Origin: Paraspadella gotoi | Taxonomy: Eukaryota; Animalia; Chaetognatha | Reading direction: 5' to 3' | Assembly (NCBI GenBank): GCA_051294375.1 | Contig: CM119267.1 | Coordinates: 24,749,783 to 24,813,782 of the forward strand | Length of the DNA stretch: 64,000 nucleotides | Part shown: in pieces, positions 26,791 through 39,681 of the stretch | How the letters are laid out: the number at the start of each line of letters is the position of its first letter | Numbering within the stretch: the stretch's first letter is position 1 | Translations under genes and position numbers: made by a program | Notes under the pieces: generated by a model | The model's input: the letters and a program-made list of their open reading frames with translations, nothing else | Told to the model about the DNA's origin: nothing | Databases searched by the model: none

Positions 26791-27219
26791 TTATCCTCTC
26801 CTTTCACTTTTCCTCCCTCCCCTTTTTACTCCTCCTCCTCCTTCTCTTATTTATCAATGTTAAATCGTCCGAGATCCGAGTTTTTAAAAAAATGAGTCAA
26901 GACTTAAAACTCACCCGAAAGGTAAGTATAACTAGAGCTAAACCTTATTAAAAATCACAAGTTCACGTTTAATCTTATTAAAATTTTCATTTCTCATCTT
27001 AAAATGCTTATCCGACTTTTAAAAATAAATTTTTATTTTTCGCTCGCACACCTTCGCTTGCCTCGCGGCGCTAAAACGTCTTGAAAAGTAAAAAAAATAT
27101 TTAATTCGATTTAATTTTTGTTTAAATTTCTTTTTTTATTTGAAATTTTTTTTTAATCTTTTTTTTTTCGCTCTCCGCTTTAGCTGGAGCTTGAGCTTCA
27201 TGAAGTACCCCGGAAGCTA

Positions 27220-27270
<51 letters not shown>

Positions 27271-28827
27271 CTCGCTCTCGCTCTCTCTCTCGCTCTCTCT
27301 CGCTCTCTCTCTCTCGCTCTGCTTTTTTATTGAGTGCTTTTTTTCCCCGTTCTGCGTTCGGCCCATGTTTTCAATTTGATCAGTTACTTTTTCCACCGGC
27401 TGAGACGAGTAGAGGGAGAGGGAGTCGAATGGGGTGGGATAGTGATAGGGAGACAGATGGGGTGCGGATAGGGAGAGAGAGATGATTTGTTGAGTGTTGG
27501 TGATAGAATGGAGTAAAAAATAGATAAGTAGTCATGTAATAGAAAAGAGTGATTGGAAATAGAGAAGAAAGGAAAAACAAAACTAAGAAGTAGGAGTCTA
27601 CGTCGTTTCTAAAATCGATGAAGACTTTTTCAATGGAGATTTTTGTTAAAAAATCTGACTACCAAATAATTTCAACGCCCCCTGCGGAAAAATTCAGGCT
27701 AAAAAATAGATGTAAAAAACACTCGATTCCGATTTTACTGTTGGACATCTGAAGGGCTCGCATTTTTTTTTCTCTTGGACAAAATAACATCATTTTTGAC
27801 AAATCGAACCATTCGATTCAAATGGACTGTGCCGCTCGGGAAAAATTTTTTGATGCACATTCTTTATTATATAAAATAAAGGGATTTCTTCAACCTTCAA
27901 TACAATGTCAACGCATTTAAGGTATGTTGTCATTTTACCAATAAACTTCGAATGTCACGGATCTGATACAAATATGTCCTGAAGGGCTCTCAACAATTTT
28001 TCTTACCATTTCATTTGGTTATTTGAATATGATACGATCATGTTAAAGCAATAGTCCATTTTGCGTGAAATTTTTATTTTAAAGTAAAAGAGTAAAAGAG
28101 GTCAGCCTATTCTAATGTTGATCGGGAGATTCTTAAGAGTTTTTCAACCGGGGAGTCCAGATTACTGAAAAAAAAAAATCTCTATATGGGCGAAAAATCC
28201 TTACCAAAAACGCGGGTGGATTTTCCGAAGATTTTCGATTATTTAATATTTTCTATATTTATCGGTCGGATTTTTTTGAAAACTTAAAATAGTCAATATT
28301 GCACATTCATTCAATAGGCATTAGGCCTGGTCCAGATTACTGGCTGACTTTTTTGTCAGAGCTTAGTCCTATAAGAAGAAAACGGCCGGCGTGAACGACT
28401 AAAAGGAGTAAGACGAAGAGAGAGAGAAGAGAGAAGGTCTCTCGAGCGCAGAACGATCAGATCCGCTCGGGACACGGGCAGTTGGGAGGCGCGCCGCGGG
28501 GCGGAGAGAGCAAACAGCACGCTCGGACGTCGGAGCGGTTGAAGACGAGAGGCGCGGCGACACAGAAGAGAGCACGGAAGGCCGTGGGGGGGCGAGCTGA
28601 TGACAGTGAGTCCGGAGGGGAAGAGCAGGAATAGGGCGGCCACGACATGAGAGGACCTTACAACCAAGCAAATAACACCATGAGCACCGTGCCGCGGAGA
28701 TCTACTGTTCGAGAGCACAGAGATTTTCTTCTTTGGCTACTCTATAATCTGCATCTCTCTCTCCTCTTCGTCCTCCTGTTTCTCCTCTCTCTTCTCTCTC
28801 TCTCTTACTCCTCTCTCTCTCTCCTCG

Positions 28828-28863
<36 letters not shown>

Positions 28864-30373
28864 CTCTCTTTCTCTATGAACTCTCTCTCCCAACGAAATC
28901 ATGACCGCGAAGTTGGATTAAGCCCGAAGAGCAGGGCACCCGACCGCGCACCTGGGGCTTGGTGTGCTGCACCCGGCCAGAATTAGGCCATTCCGAACAC
29001 TCCGAGGCCGACTTGGCGAAAAGGAGATATGAGAGCGCGACTACGGAGAAGACCGACGGGAGGAGGGAAGAAAGCAACGAGGGGGAGAGGAAGAAGGACA
29101 CGTGATGAACAGAAAGCAGAAATAAGCGAAATGGCTGAGCGAGAAGACATAAGGAGGATAATTGGGGGTCTGAAGGAGAGCAAACTCGGAGAAAGCGGAA
29201 CAACAGGGAACGAAAAGGAAGAGATTGAGAAGCGGAGAAAGGCAAGGGAAAAAAACTGGGGAAGAAATCCAAAGGAAAAAAAGTAAGAAAAAAAGCGGAG
29301 AGGTGAAAGAGCGACTTGGAGCAGGAGAGAGAGGGAGAGACATGAAAACAAAAGAGTGCGAACATAATGGAAAGAAGAGGAAGAAAAAGGGCGAGAAAGG
29401 AGACGGAGACGAAGAGGAGGCACCGCGAACACTGTAAGGAGGAAGAAAGAGTCAAGATGCCAAGCCCAATAAGCGGCAAAGGGAGAGGAGGAGAGAGAAG
29501 TTACGGAGAAGAGGCGGAACCGAAGCTAAAAATGAAAGGAAAGAGATCCCGAATTCGAATGGACGGAGGTTTAAAAGCCAAACAAAAAGGCCAATGCGCT
29601 AGAAAATTAAAAATGAGAATTCAGAAGAGAAAGAGCAGCAGAGAGAGAGCCAGAGAAAAAGAACCCGAGAAAGAGAGAAGAGAAGAGAAGTAAAGAATAG
29701 AAAGATACAGATCACCTTTCACCCTATCCTTTTCGCCCTAGTAACCTTAAAACCTGATACCATATCTTCCTATCTATCGGCCTCCCTATTTTCGCGCGTC
29801 CCTAGGGATCTCCACGTGACCACCTCTGAAAAGAACCAACTAAAACCGCTTCGTTCCCTCGGAGACCTCTCTCCCTCCACCTACTCTTACTCTTCGTTCC
29901 CTCCCTACGCTGCGTCCACTCCACGCAATAACATACATCATCTTCTTTAACCACTAACCGCGTCTGCATACCCTTACGGTGAACCATCGTCGTCTGCGGT
30001 TTTTCCCTCCCTCTCCTCCCTCCCCTCTCTCTCTTCTTCCCTCCCTCTCTCCACTCCCCTCTCTCTTCTTTGACCCCTCCCTCTCTCCCTCCTCTCTCTT
30101 CATATCGTTACGCATAACACACTACATTGCATGCACACTAACAACACTCTCTCGTGCGTGAATAACATGATGAGACACACTGACAAAACACAATAACATA
30201 ACATAACAACACAATCCACGGCTCGCATACTTCATTCCCTACCTCTCACTCTCCCTCCCTCTCTTCCTCTTCTTCCCTCCTCTCTCCCTCCCTCTCTCTC
30301 TTCTTCCCTCCCTCTCTCCCCCCTCTCTCTCTTCTTCCCTCCCGAGACTCTGCGACGCAGTCCTCCGACTCAC

Positions 30374-30520
30374 CTGATGCGATTGGATGGTAAGGAGAAA
30401 GACGGAGGTGACGAGAAGGAAGAAGAGGGGGAGGAGGAGAGGGCGAAGGAAGAGGAAGAGACGGAGGAGGAAGAAGGAAAGAGGAGCAGGAGGAGGAGGA
30501 GACGACCGCAGGCAGTTCAT
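30374..30520 (-). CDS. Candidate first coding exon of an unidentified gene (signal-peptide/TM-like)
   Basis: ATG at 30520, 49 codons MNCLRSSPPPPAPLSFFLLRLFLFLRPLLLPLFFLLVTSVFLLTIQSHQ, consensus donor CAG|gtgagt at 30374, candidate acceptor at 30809. The hydrophobicity may simply reflect low-complexity pyrimidine sequence. Confidence 0.3.
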
Positions 30521-31072
30521 CGTTGTCGTTGTTTTTGTTGTTGTTATTGTTATCGTTTCGGTAAATGTTCGGATTGCTATTTTGTTTTTGTGTATTTTTT
30601 TTTTTGTTTCTGTTTTTTTATTTCTTATTTTTGCGAAGATATCAATTTTTTTTTCTCCTTTTTCGGTCGAATTGTTTATGTTGTTGTTGTTGTTTTTACT
30701 GTTTGTTTTCCCTTTGATTTAGGGTCATCATCGTCGCTGAGATTATATTCGTCGTCGTCGTTGTCGTCGTCGTTGTCTTCATTGCCGGAAATTGGTTCAT
30801 TCGATTTTCTGTTCAATTAAAAATATGATTATAAAAATATGACCATTATTATACTATTACAATTTACACACGATGTAAATAATATTTATCAATAATCAAT
30901 ATTTCATAAATACGTATGCCAAAAAAATATTTTTAGAATATTTTTAGCTATTGAAGAATTAAATTTTTTCTTTTTATTTTTATCATCTAATTAAAACTTT
31001 TTACATAAATTGCTTGATTGGTAGACATTGTTAGGATTCTTTCTTTTCGTTGTGATTATAAATTAGGAAAAA

Positions 31073-31134
31073 CGGTTTTTAAAGGTCAACAACGATATCT
31101 AATAATAAAAATCGTTGTTGACCTTTAAAAACTG
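31073..31134. repeat. 24-bp-arm hairpin, 62 nt
   Basis: cggtttttaaaggtcaacaacgat-(14 nt)-atcgttgttgacctttaaaaactg. Confidence 0.9.
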
Positions 31135-31762
31135 ATACATAAATTGCTAATTTTTTTACTACTCTCACATGCTACAAGAACAACGCTGTCCATTAAAACA
31201 AAACGCAATACAAAGAAAGTTGAGTTTTATTGTAAACTTTAGTTTGTGAGATTATTCTAGTTTATTTACATTTGACGTCCGGTTTTCCTGCGTCCAATTT
31301 TTGACGTGAAATGACGGACGCGAGAGACGATTCCGTTTCACGTCATTTTATCCGGAAAAATCTACGAAAAAAAAGGGAAGAGACGACGACGACGACGACG
31401 ACGACGACGACAGACGACGACGACAGACGACGACGACGACGACGACGACAGACGACGAAGGCCGGAATGACGACGACGACAGAATTAATTTTCTGATTCG
31501 GTTAAATTTGATCTCAATCAGCGATTTTTCCCCTCAACTTCCAGAAGGAAAAAAACCACGACGTTGATTAGTTTTTAGTTCATTTTTAAATTAATACATA
31601 TTTGCTAAACTTTTGTTTTTAATCTCAAGAGAAAAACAATAGTTTGATCTAAAAATATCCTGGGTTTGAAAATGAGTTTCCAGTAAGGCTGTAAGGGTAA
31701 GTGTAAGCCGTTGGGGAAATTTAGAAGTCTTCCGAAATATGACATTCAATGCGTGGATTTAC

Positions 31763-32143
31763 GATCTCGATTATAATGATAATAATCTCGATAACAGTGA
31801 TAATAATCTCGATAATAATCTCGTTAACAGTGATGATAATCTCGATAATAATCTCGATAACAGTGATGATAATCTCGATAATAATCTCGATAACAGTGAT
31901 GATAATCTCGATAATAATCTCGATAACAGTGATAATAATCTCGATAATAATATTGATACCAGTGATGATAATCTCAATAATAATCTTGATAACAGTGATA
32001 ATAATCTCGATAATAATCTCGATAACAGTGATGATAATCTCAATAATAATCTTGATATCAGTGATGATAATCTCGATAATAATTTCGATAACAGTGATGA
32101 TAATCTCGATAATAATTTCGATATCAGTGATAATAATCTCGAT
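31763..32143. repeat. 33-bp minisatellite, about 11 copies
   Basis: Unit ctcgataataatctcgataacagtgatgataat. Confidence 0.9.
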
Positions 32144-32481
32144 CGGATACGTCGCTTCTCATCATTTTCGTTCAACCGTAAAATCGAGGGGAAAAAAATC
32201 AAGATCGGTTTCCTTAATCAGTCACGGTTCGCTCTTTTTATTTTATTAAACTTTAATAATATTATAATATATTATTTTATTTTATTTTTTCTTCATTTTT
32301 TTTCTTTTCCTCTTTGCCTCTCTCCCTTTAAAGTTCTAAATAGGCGTCATTTATATTTGTTAGAGATTGAATATGAATCTGAATATTAATATGAATATAA
32401 AGATAGACGGACTAAAAAAATTATCATCAAGTCCCATCTCGACGCGACTGAAAAAAAAAATTTTCGGCCATCTTTTCTAAA

Positions 32482-32807
32482 AGCGCACAATTTCAGCTTA
32501 AATTTGGAATTAAGTTAGTTTTTTAGATTAAAAAATTCGGTTCGAAATAAGGGTTGAGGATTAGGTTAATGGTTAAATTTAATATTAGGGTTAAGATTTG
32601 TGAAAATGATTAAAGTTGGTTAGGGATTAGAGTTAAGGGTCAAGGGTTAGGGTTAAAAATTAATGGTTAGGGTTTTTGGTGAAGGTAATGAATAAGTTAT
32701 GGCAATGAATTATGGCTAGGATTAAGTCATGGGTTTAATAATAAATTCAGATTAAAAATTAAGATTAAGATTAAGTACAGCAATAAGGGAACAGAAATGT
32801 GGCGCTC
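32482..32807. mobile_element. Small element with imperfect terminal inverted repeats and a degenerate TTAGGG-like interior
   Basis: agcgcacaatttc ... gaaatgtggcgct flank many ggttag/ttaggg words. Similar word tracts occur at ~42480-42640 and ~43600-43640. Confidence 0.4.
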
Positions 32808-35455
32808 TGGGAAACTATAGCCAAAATTTCATGGTTTTTAAATTCGGTTCACGTTCGTGGACTAATGGGAAGACGCATCCCTTCCACGCCCCCCCCCCAC
32901 TTCGCCTTGTTTCTCCCTTTTTATTCTCTTTTCTTTTCTTTTTTTTTCTCCTTTTTTTTCATCTATCATTTTTTTCCTTTGAATTAATGAGTTTTCGTTA
33001 GGACCGCGCCAATATCGGATTTTTTTTTTGAAGCGCACGCTGTATTCGCCTGAGCAAAAAAGCAAATACAGTGCGCCCCGTTTGGAAATAACTCGGGACG
33101 AGTTTATGAGGAAACGAAATAAACAAAGAAAAAAAGAAAAAGAAAAATGAAATTGAAAAAAAAATTGAAAAAACTATTATGGGTTTAGAGGTAGAGACGA
33201 CGAACGGCCTCGCACCTTATTTAGTTATCGGTTTACAATCTTAATTAAATTATTATCCTCAGTGGAGCGAATCTATGACCGGAGGAAAGGAAAGAGGGGG
33301 AGGAGGAGGAGGGGGAGATGGGGAAGAGGGAGAGCGAGATAAAATGCGTCACTGAGAGTGAAGGAGGAAATGTGAGGGAATGAGATATAGAGAGAGAGAG
33401 AGACAGAGGGTATAAGAGGGAGAGAGAGACGGACAGATTAAGAGTCCAAGAGAATGTATTGAATGTATTGAATGTATAAAACAGATACGGCCTTGGGCAC
33501 GCCTAATGCGGCCTATACAGCCTTTTAAGTAAAGTACAGTTAAATTACGATGTTTAAAATACAATTCAAGATCTTGAAAATAGAGAGAGAATGAGAGGGA
33601 GAGCGAGAGGGAGAGAAAGAGGGAGCGAGAGGGAGAGAAAGAGGGAGCGAGAGAGAGAGAAAGAGGGATCGAGAGCGAGAGGAGATTTGGTTTCGCATCG
33701 AAGGAAATAATTGATGAAAGGAGGAAAATAACGAGGAGCCATTGGCGTCGTCGTCGTTGTTGTTATCGTTCTGCTGGTGGTGGTGGTCGTCGAGTTGTTG
33801 TTGTTATTGTTTATCAAGCTGGGAATTGTGTTGTCGCCGTCGGGGTCGTCGTCGTCGTCGTCGTCGTCGTCGTTATGGTCGACGTTTCCGGTGAAAATGT
33901 GAAAAAAAAAATATAAGGAAAAACAAAATACAAATACAAAAAAGAAAGGAAGAAAAAAAAACAAAAAAAAAGACGAGAAAGAAAAAATAAAGAATTGAAG
34001 AAAAAGAATTAATATCCTTCACCGTGTCAAAGTGACATACATTGTAGCTAAAACTGAAAGGCTTAAAAATAAATAGCGGCATTAATAAGTTTTTTATCGG
34101 CGTCTGACGACATAAGTGGACGTAAACGTGGAGAGAGAGAGAATCTCAAGTCTTCGGTGCTAATAAAAAGGCGCTAGATGGCGACAGCTTATTCCTGCGG
34201 CGCCAATGAAAATGACTGCGGCGCCAATGAAAATGACTTTCACTGAGGATAGAAAATAAAATCGATCTCTGGACGATAGAGAAGAGAGAAGAGAAGTGGC
34301 AGGTGGCATGAGAAGTGGCAGGTGGCAGTGAGGCTGAAATAGCCTTAATGTAATTGACTCGACACAACAAATGCGTAAGTTTTTCACTAAAATTAATGAG
34401 TATCAGTATTTATATTTCTTATATTTCTTATATTTATATTTCTTTACGAATGTAAAGAAATCGTTAAAATGACAAAATTGTAGGAAATAAATATCGATTA
34501 AAAAAAAATATGAAAGGAAACCAGAAAGTTGGAGAATCGAAAGAGAAAAAATCGATTGGGACAAATAAGGATAGAAGGATAGAAGGATAGAAGAGAAAAT
34601 AGTACCATATAGAGATAAGTTTTTTCTCCGTTTATCGATTGATGTCTGTCTTTTTTCAAAATCTGGATAGTTGAGTCATCGTGACTATAGTTTAGTTGCT
34701 TCAATTTTTAGTGCATTTTGACTTCTTAAATGTAGCTTCAGTTATCTTCATTTTGTTTCGTCTTCATACTAGTTTATGTCAATCATTTTTTTAATTAGGT
34801 GATTTAACAAGAATGGAACAAGGCAGAAGAAGTCGGATATGAGTGGCTAAAATGGAACCAAAAATAGTCAAGATAAATTTTTTTTAAATACATATCGTCG
34901 GGACAATAAGGACGACGACGTTCCCCTGCGGCCTTGAAAGAAACGATGGGTCACATACATAATTGGAAAAAAGTTACGACCACAATAAATATTTTTTTAA
35001 AAGAATAAAAGGAGCAAAAAAAATGAATGCAGAAATACCGTGAAGAAAAAAAACAAACTAAAATAATACTAATAGTAAGAAAAATTTATCACGTTTTCAC
35101 TTTCGACCTCAAATAAAAGACAAAAAATATGGAATCACAAAATCACAAAATTGACTTCCACCGTGGATCGCGAGCCTCACGGGAAACCTACTTAATTTTT
35201 CACGTAACTTTTTGTGCGGATTTGATGTGACTCGATGGAATCATTAATTCCGGTGAACGAGTTGGAACGCAAAGTGAAGTTGTGAATGGCATCCTGCGTT
35301 TTTTGAGTGAGAGTAAATTTTGAGACAAATTGTATGAAGCCTTTGGAGGACGCTTATCCGAGGGCGAATTGCGGAAAAAATTAACGTTAAACATGAATTC
35401 AAGAGAGTTACGTTCTGTTACATTCGTTATTATTATGACTAGAATGTCATTTCAG

Positions 35456-35509
<54 letters not shown>

Positions 35510-35930
35510 AATTTTAAATGTCTCGTTTCCGCTTTCCACGGCCACGGAGCTGAATCGTATCGAAAAGTGCAAAAGAATATTGGTTATAAGTGTAAAACTA
35601 TAACTGTACGTTACTATTTAGCAAATATACTAATAGTATATTACTATTATACTAATATACTAATAGTATATTACTATTTCTCACTGAGAAATTCTCAGTT
35701 ACTAAGTGAAATATGTTTGAAAGAAAAATTGTGAGTAAAGAAACGTTAGTTTTATAACATTTCGCCTTAAAAAGAAATTTTGAGAGATAGGCAAGATTTT
35801 GTCTCTCATCTAACTTCTCTAATCGAAGAGAGGCGAGTCTTTATCACTTTGTTTCGGACGAAGAAAAGAAGAAAACCCGCGGGTTAGAGAAAAGGTTAAG
35901 CGGTAGAAGCTAAAAAGAAATGAAGGGAAG

Positions 35931-36862
35931 ACGACCGCGACGATGACGACGACAAAGACGATGACGACGACGACGACAAAGACGACGATGATGACGACAA
36001 AGACGATCACGACGATGATGACAAACAATGATGATGACGACGATGATGATGACAAAGAAAATGATGATGATGACAAAGACGATGATGACGACGACAACAA
36101 AGACGATGATGATGACGACAAAGACGATAACTACGATGATGACAGACAATGATGATGACGACGATGATGACGACAAAGACAATGACGATGATGACGACAA
36201 AGACGATGATTACAATAAAGACGATAACGATGATGACGACGATAACGATTATGATGACGACAAAGACGATTATGACAAAGACAATGACGACACTGACGAT
36301 GACGATGATGACGATAATGAGGATGATGACAGACGATGATGATGACAGACGATAATGGTGATGACGATGACGATGATGACGACAAAGACGATGACAATGA
36401 TGACAACGTCAATGGTGATGATAACGATGATGATGACAGACAATGATGATGACGATGATGATGACAAAGACGATGATGATGATGATTACAACAAAGATGT
36501 TAACGATGATGACGATGATAACAATAACGACAGACGATGATGATGACGACGATGACGACAAAGACAATGACGATGATGACGAAAAAGACAATGACAATGA
36601 TTACAACAAAGACGATGATGATGATAATGACGATGATGACGATAACGATGATGACGATAAAGACGATGACAATGACGATTATGACATCGATGATGACGAC
36701 AAAGAAAACGATGATGATGACAAAGACAATGATGACGATAACGACAAAGATGATGACGATGACGACGACGACGATATGATGACGACGATGATACGATGAC
36801 GACGGCCTCAGCAACGATGAGGCAATCGGGGGATGACTTACATAATGATGGCGACGACGATA
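35931..36862. repeat. Compound (GAT/GAC/AAC)n low-complexity tract
   Basis: Trinucleotide mosaic in duplicated blocks, with the frame shifting at each gacagac junction. Confidence 0.9.
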
Positions 36863-38223
36863 AGAGAAAATACTTATGATTTATAGGACGAATTTAAAGA
36901 CGGATAATGATGAAGTCTTACAAGGTTGCGAAGGAATCTTAGAAGGAAAAAAATAAAAGAATTTACGTGAAAGTCAGCGAAGTATACGACGACGACGACA
37001 GCTTGACTTGTTAGTCGAAAAATAAAGAAGAGGAACACTAGTCTTGAAGGACAATTGATTTTCATCTTGAAAGAAATTTCAGTAAGATGATTTCGATGAC
37101 AAATGTTGCTAACGGAAAAAAAGTAACTGAAAGGCGAAGACAGTAGACAGTAAATCTGACGGCTTAGCGGCATCAGATATATTTTAGTATAAACGAACAA
37201 ACGTATATATATTAATGTCTTGTCTGTGACATACCTAGAAATTGATTCTAAAAAATTCCACATTCCACTGGAAAATAGGCAATATTGACTTCTATGTGAC
37301 ATAAGATCGTTTTAGATTGTAAAACTTTAAGCAAAGTTCACGAGATTGAAGGAGATTTAAACGAAAGTCAACGCGTGAGTATCCGAGGCGATCAGATGAG
37401 ATATTTAGCGATTTGCGGCAATTTACGGCGAAATGAGGCGAATCACCGCGTAGATATTGGAGGGCGAAGTCTCGCGCTCCTGGACGAAAGGACAGAAAAA
37501 CGCGCTGAGAAGAAACTCGTGTGAAGAGGAGGAGGAGGAGGAGGAGGAGGAGGAGCGAGGGGAGGGAACGAATAGGGATATAAAGGGGAGAAAAGGAAGA
37601 AAAGACGTAAGGAAGGAACAGACGGAGGAGGAAAGGAAACTTAAAGTAGGGAAAAATGGTGAATCGAAAAAAATTAGAAAAAGGAAAAAAAAAAAATCAA
37701 AGAACTAAAAAGGAGGGAAGAAGTGAGAAGGAAAAGGGGAAAAAAAAGGAAAATTGCAAGGAACAAGAAAGAAAATGAAGAGCAAGGAGCGAGAAGGAAC
37801 ATTGGAACATAAAAGGGAAAAAAAGAGAAAGAAGGAAAGGGGGGGAAAGGGAATGAGCGGTAAAGCAGAGAAGAGGGTCAGAGTTGAAAGAGCAAATGGA
37901 GTCATCGAATGAAAGATGGAATCATCCGACGACGACGACGACGACGCCTCAATTACTTTGCCCTTCGCTTTTAGGGTCACAATCAAAACATTAAGGCGAC
38001 GCTACGTTTAGTATTATTAAATAAAAACGAAATCTGTGCCAACGTAAGGAAAAAAACGAGGTGCGCACGCTTCACCGCACGTACTGTGCTCCTTTCGTTT
38101 TTACTTTAGAAAAAAAAAATTCTGTTTTCTCTCAAGTCTACTTTCCATGCCTTCGGGGAATAAATAAACTTAACCTCATTTTTTTTCCTTTTCTTATTTT
38201 TTTCTTTTTTTTTCTTTCTGAAG

Positions 38224-39681
38224 ATGGCGACGATTCCTGAAACCGTCAAAGAATTTTGCCAAGAGGTTCACTACGCGAATTCAAGAAAGGTAAAAAAGAA
38301 AGAAGGAAAAAAAAAGAGGAAAATTAAAAAAAAGGAAACAACAAACAAAGGAGAGGAAGGGAATACGAGGGGCGGAGTACATGTGGAATAAAAAGAGAGA
38401 ATATGACGTCACAAAAATCAAGATGTCGCTTGACGAAAGGGACTACCTCACTTTCAAAGCTGTTAAGGTTTGTCACTGTCAATGACGCTAAGTCGCGCGT
38501 CATCGTCCTGGGTATTGAATATAGAGCATTTTGTCTCGACCCAGTTCAGAAAAATGAACCAAACCGAACCCGCTCGCACTTCTCGTGTAACCCCTCAAAT
38601 GTTCTTCGACCCATTTCCCTTCAGGTCCTCGTGGCGTTCTTCCACGCGAGATGGCATCGTCCGTCTCGCGATCGTCTCAGCGAAATAGAAGATCGAATCT
38701 CCTCTGACTTCGAGGGAATCGAAGATAAAATTAAATTCTTCGCTTTCGACGTGGATGAGATGCCCGTCGCTGTTGATTACTTTCAGTTGGAGGTGTGGAC
38801 GGGGGGAGGAGGTGGTTGTTGTTGTTGTGGGATATAGAAAGAACGATGAGAAAAAGAAAAAGGGGGGAAAAACTGAGGAAAGCTTTGAATGACCGTATGG
38901 GGGTCATCTGCTGTGAAGGTGGCCTAATACCACCAAAGCCTGTCCAAAGGCAATGGCAAGATATTATTAAATTAATGAATAATTTTTATATTGTTTGTAC
39001 CAATTTATTAATGATTAAGCTAAGAAAATCATGATGCGGCTTCGATAAATTTAATCCGTGAATAATTCGAGGAAATTACTTATCATGAACTATTCTAGAA
39101 TATCGACTGATCGAGAATTCCTAATCTCCAGTTTAGGTGGGCCGAGGGGGTGAGGGGTTACTGCATGTGCATGATTTGCCTCACTTCCAAATTTGACGGC
39201 ACGTTAAAACTTTCACGCACTAGCTTGAAAGTTAAGCTTATTCTTATTTAGCTCGGAACCCCCCCCCCTCTGATGAACAATAAAAAATATTAAAACTTTT
39301 CATAGAAACCTCATTCGACAGATTAACACCTGGAGTCCAAGTTACGATTTGCAACAAACGTCTGTTGCTTTCACGGCTGACAATTTATTAATCGGTTAAG
39401 CTTCAACGCAATCCGTCTGTGTTTAGTCTGAAACACTTTTTTTTATTATAGCAGAAACATGAGAAGTTATTAATTTAATAAATGTAGAAAGAGAATGACT
39501 ATCGTTAAGCTTGTTATATTTTGCGTCCCCAATGTTCCATTTTCAGCCGCCCCTCCCCCGCGCGATCGTATATCGCAACACTTTCGTCATCGACGACCTC
39601 AAAGGAAAAGAGACCGAGGATCTTTTTCGGGTCATCGACGAGCAGTTGCATCCGACGGCCGCCAACTGCGTCAAGGCATGA
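38224..39681 (+). CDS. Atypical thioredoxin-fold protein, 122 aa, 3 exons (38224-38289, 38625-38792, 39547-39681)
   Basis: Two phase-0 GT-AG introns join MATIPETVKEFCQEVHYANSRK / VLVAFFHARWHRPSR...KIKFFAFDVDEMPVAVDYFQLE / PPLPRAIVYRNTFVIDDLKGKETEDLFRVIDEQLHPTAANCVKA*. This follows the Trx pattern VxxFxAxWxxP...FxxVDVDE...P-beta-beta-G-helix. Confidence 0.75.

Noticed and set aside
32550-32680. Interstitial telomere
   Set aside because: TTAGGG words are scattered and degenerate inside a small repeat element, not a perfect array
35931-36862. Poly-Asp biomineralisation-type protein
   Set aside because: The Asp frame shifts at each block junction, and there is no signal peptide or splice evidence
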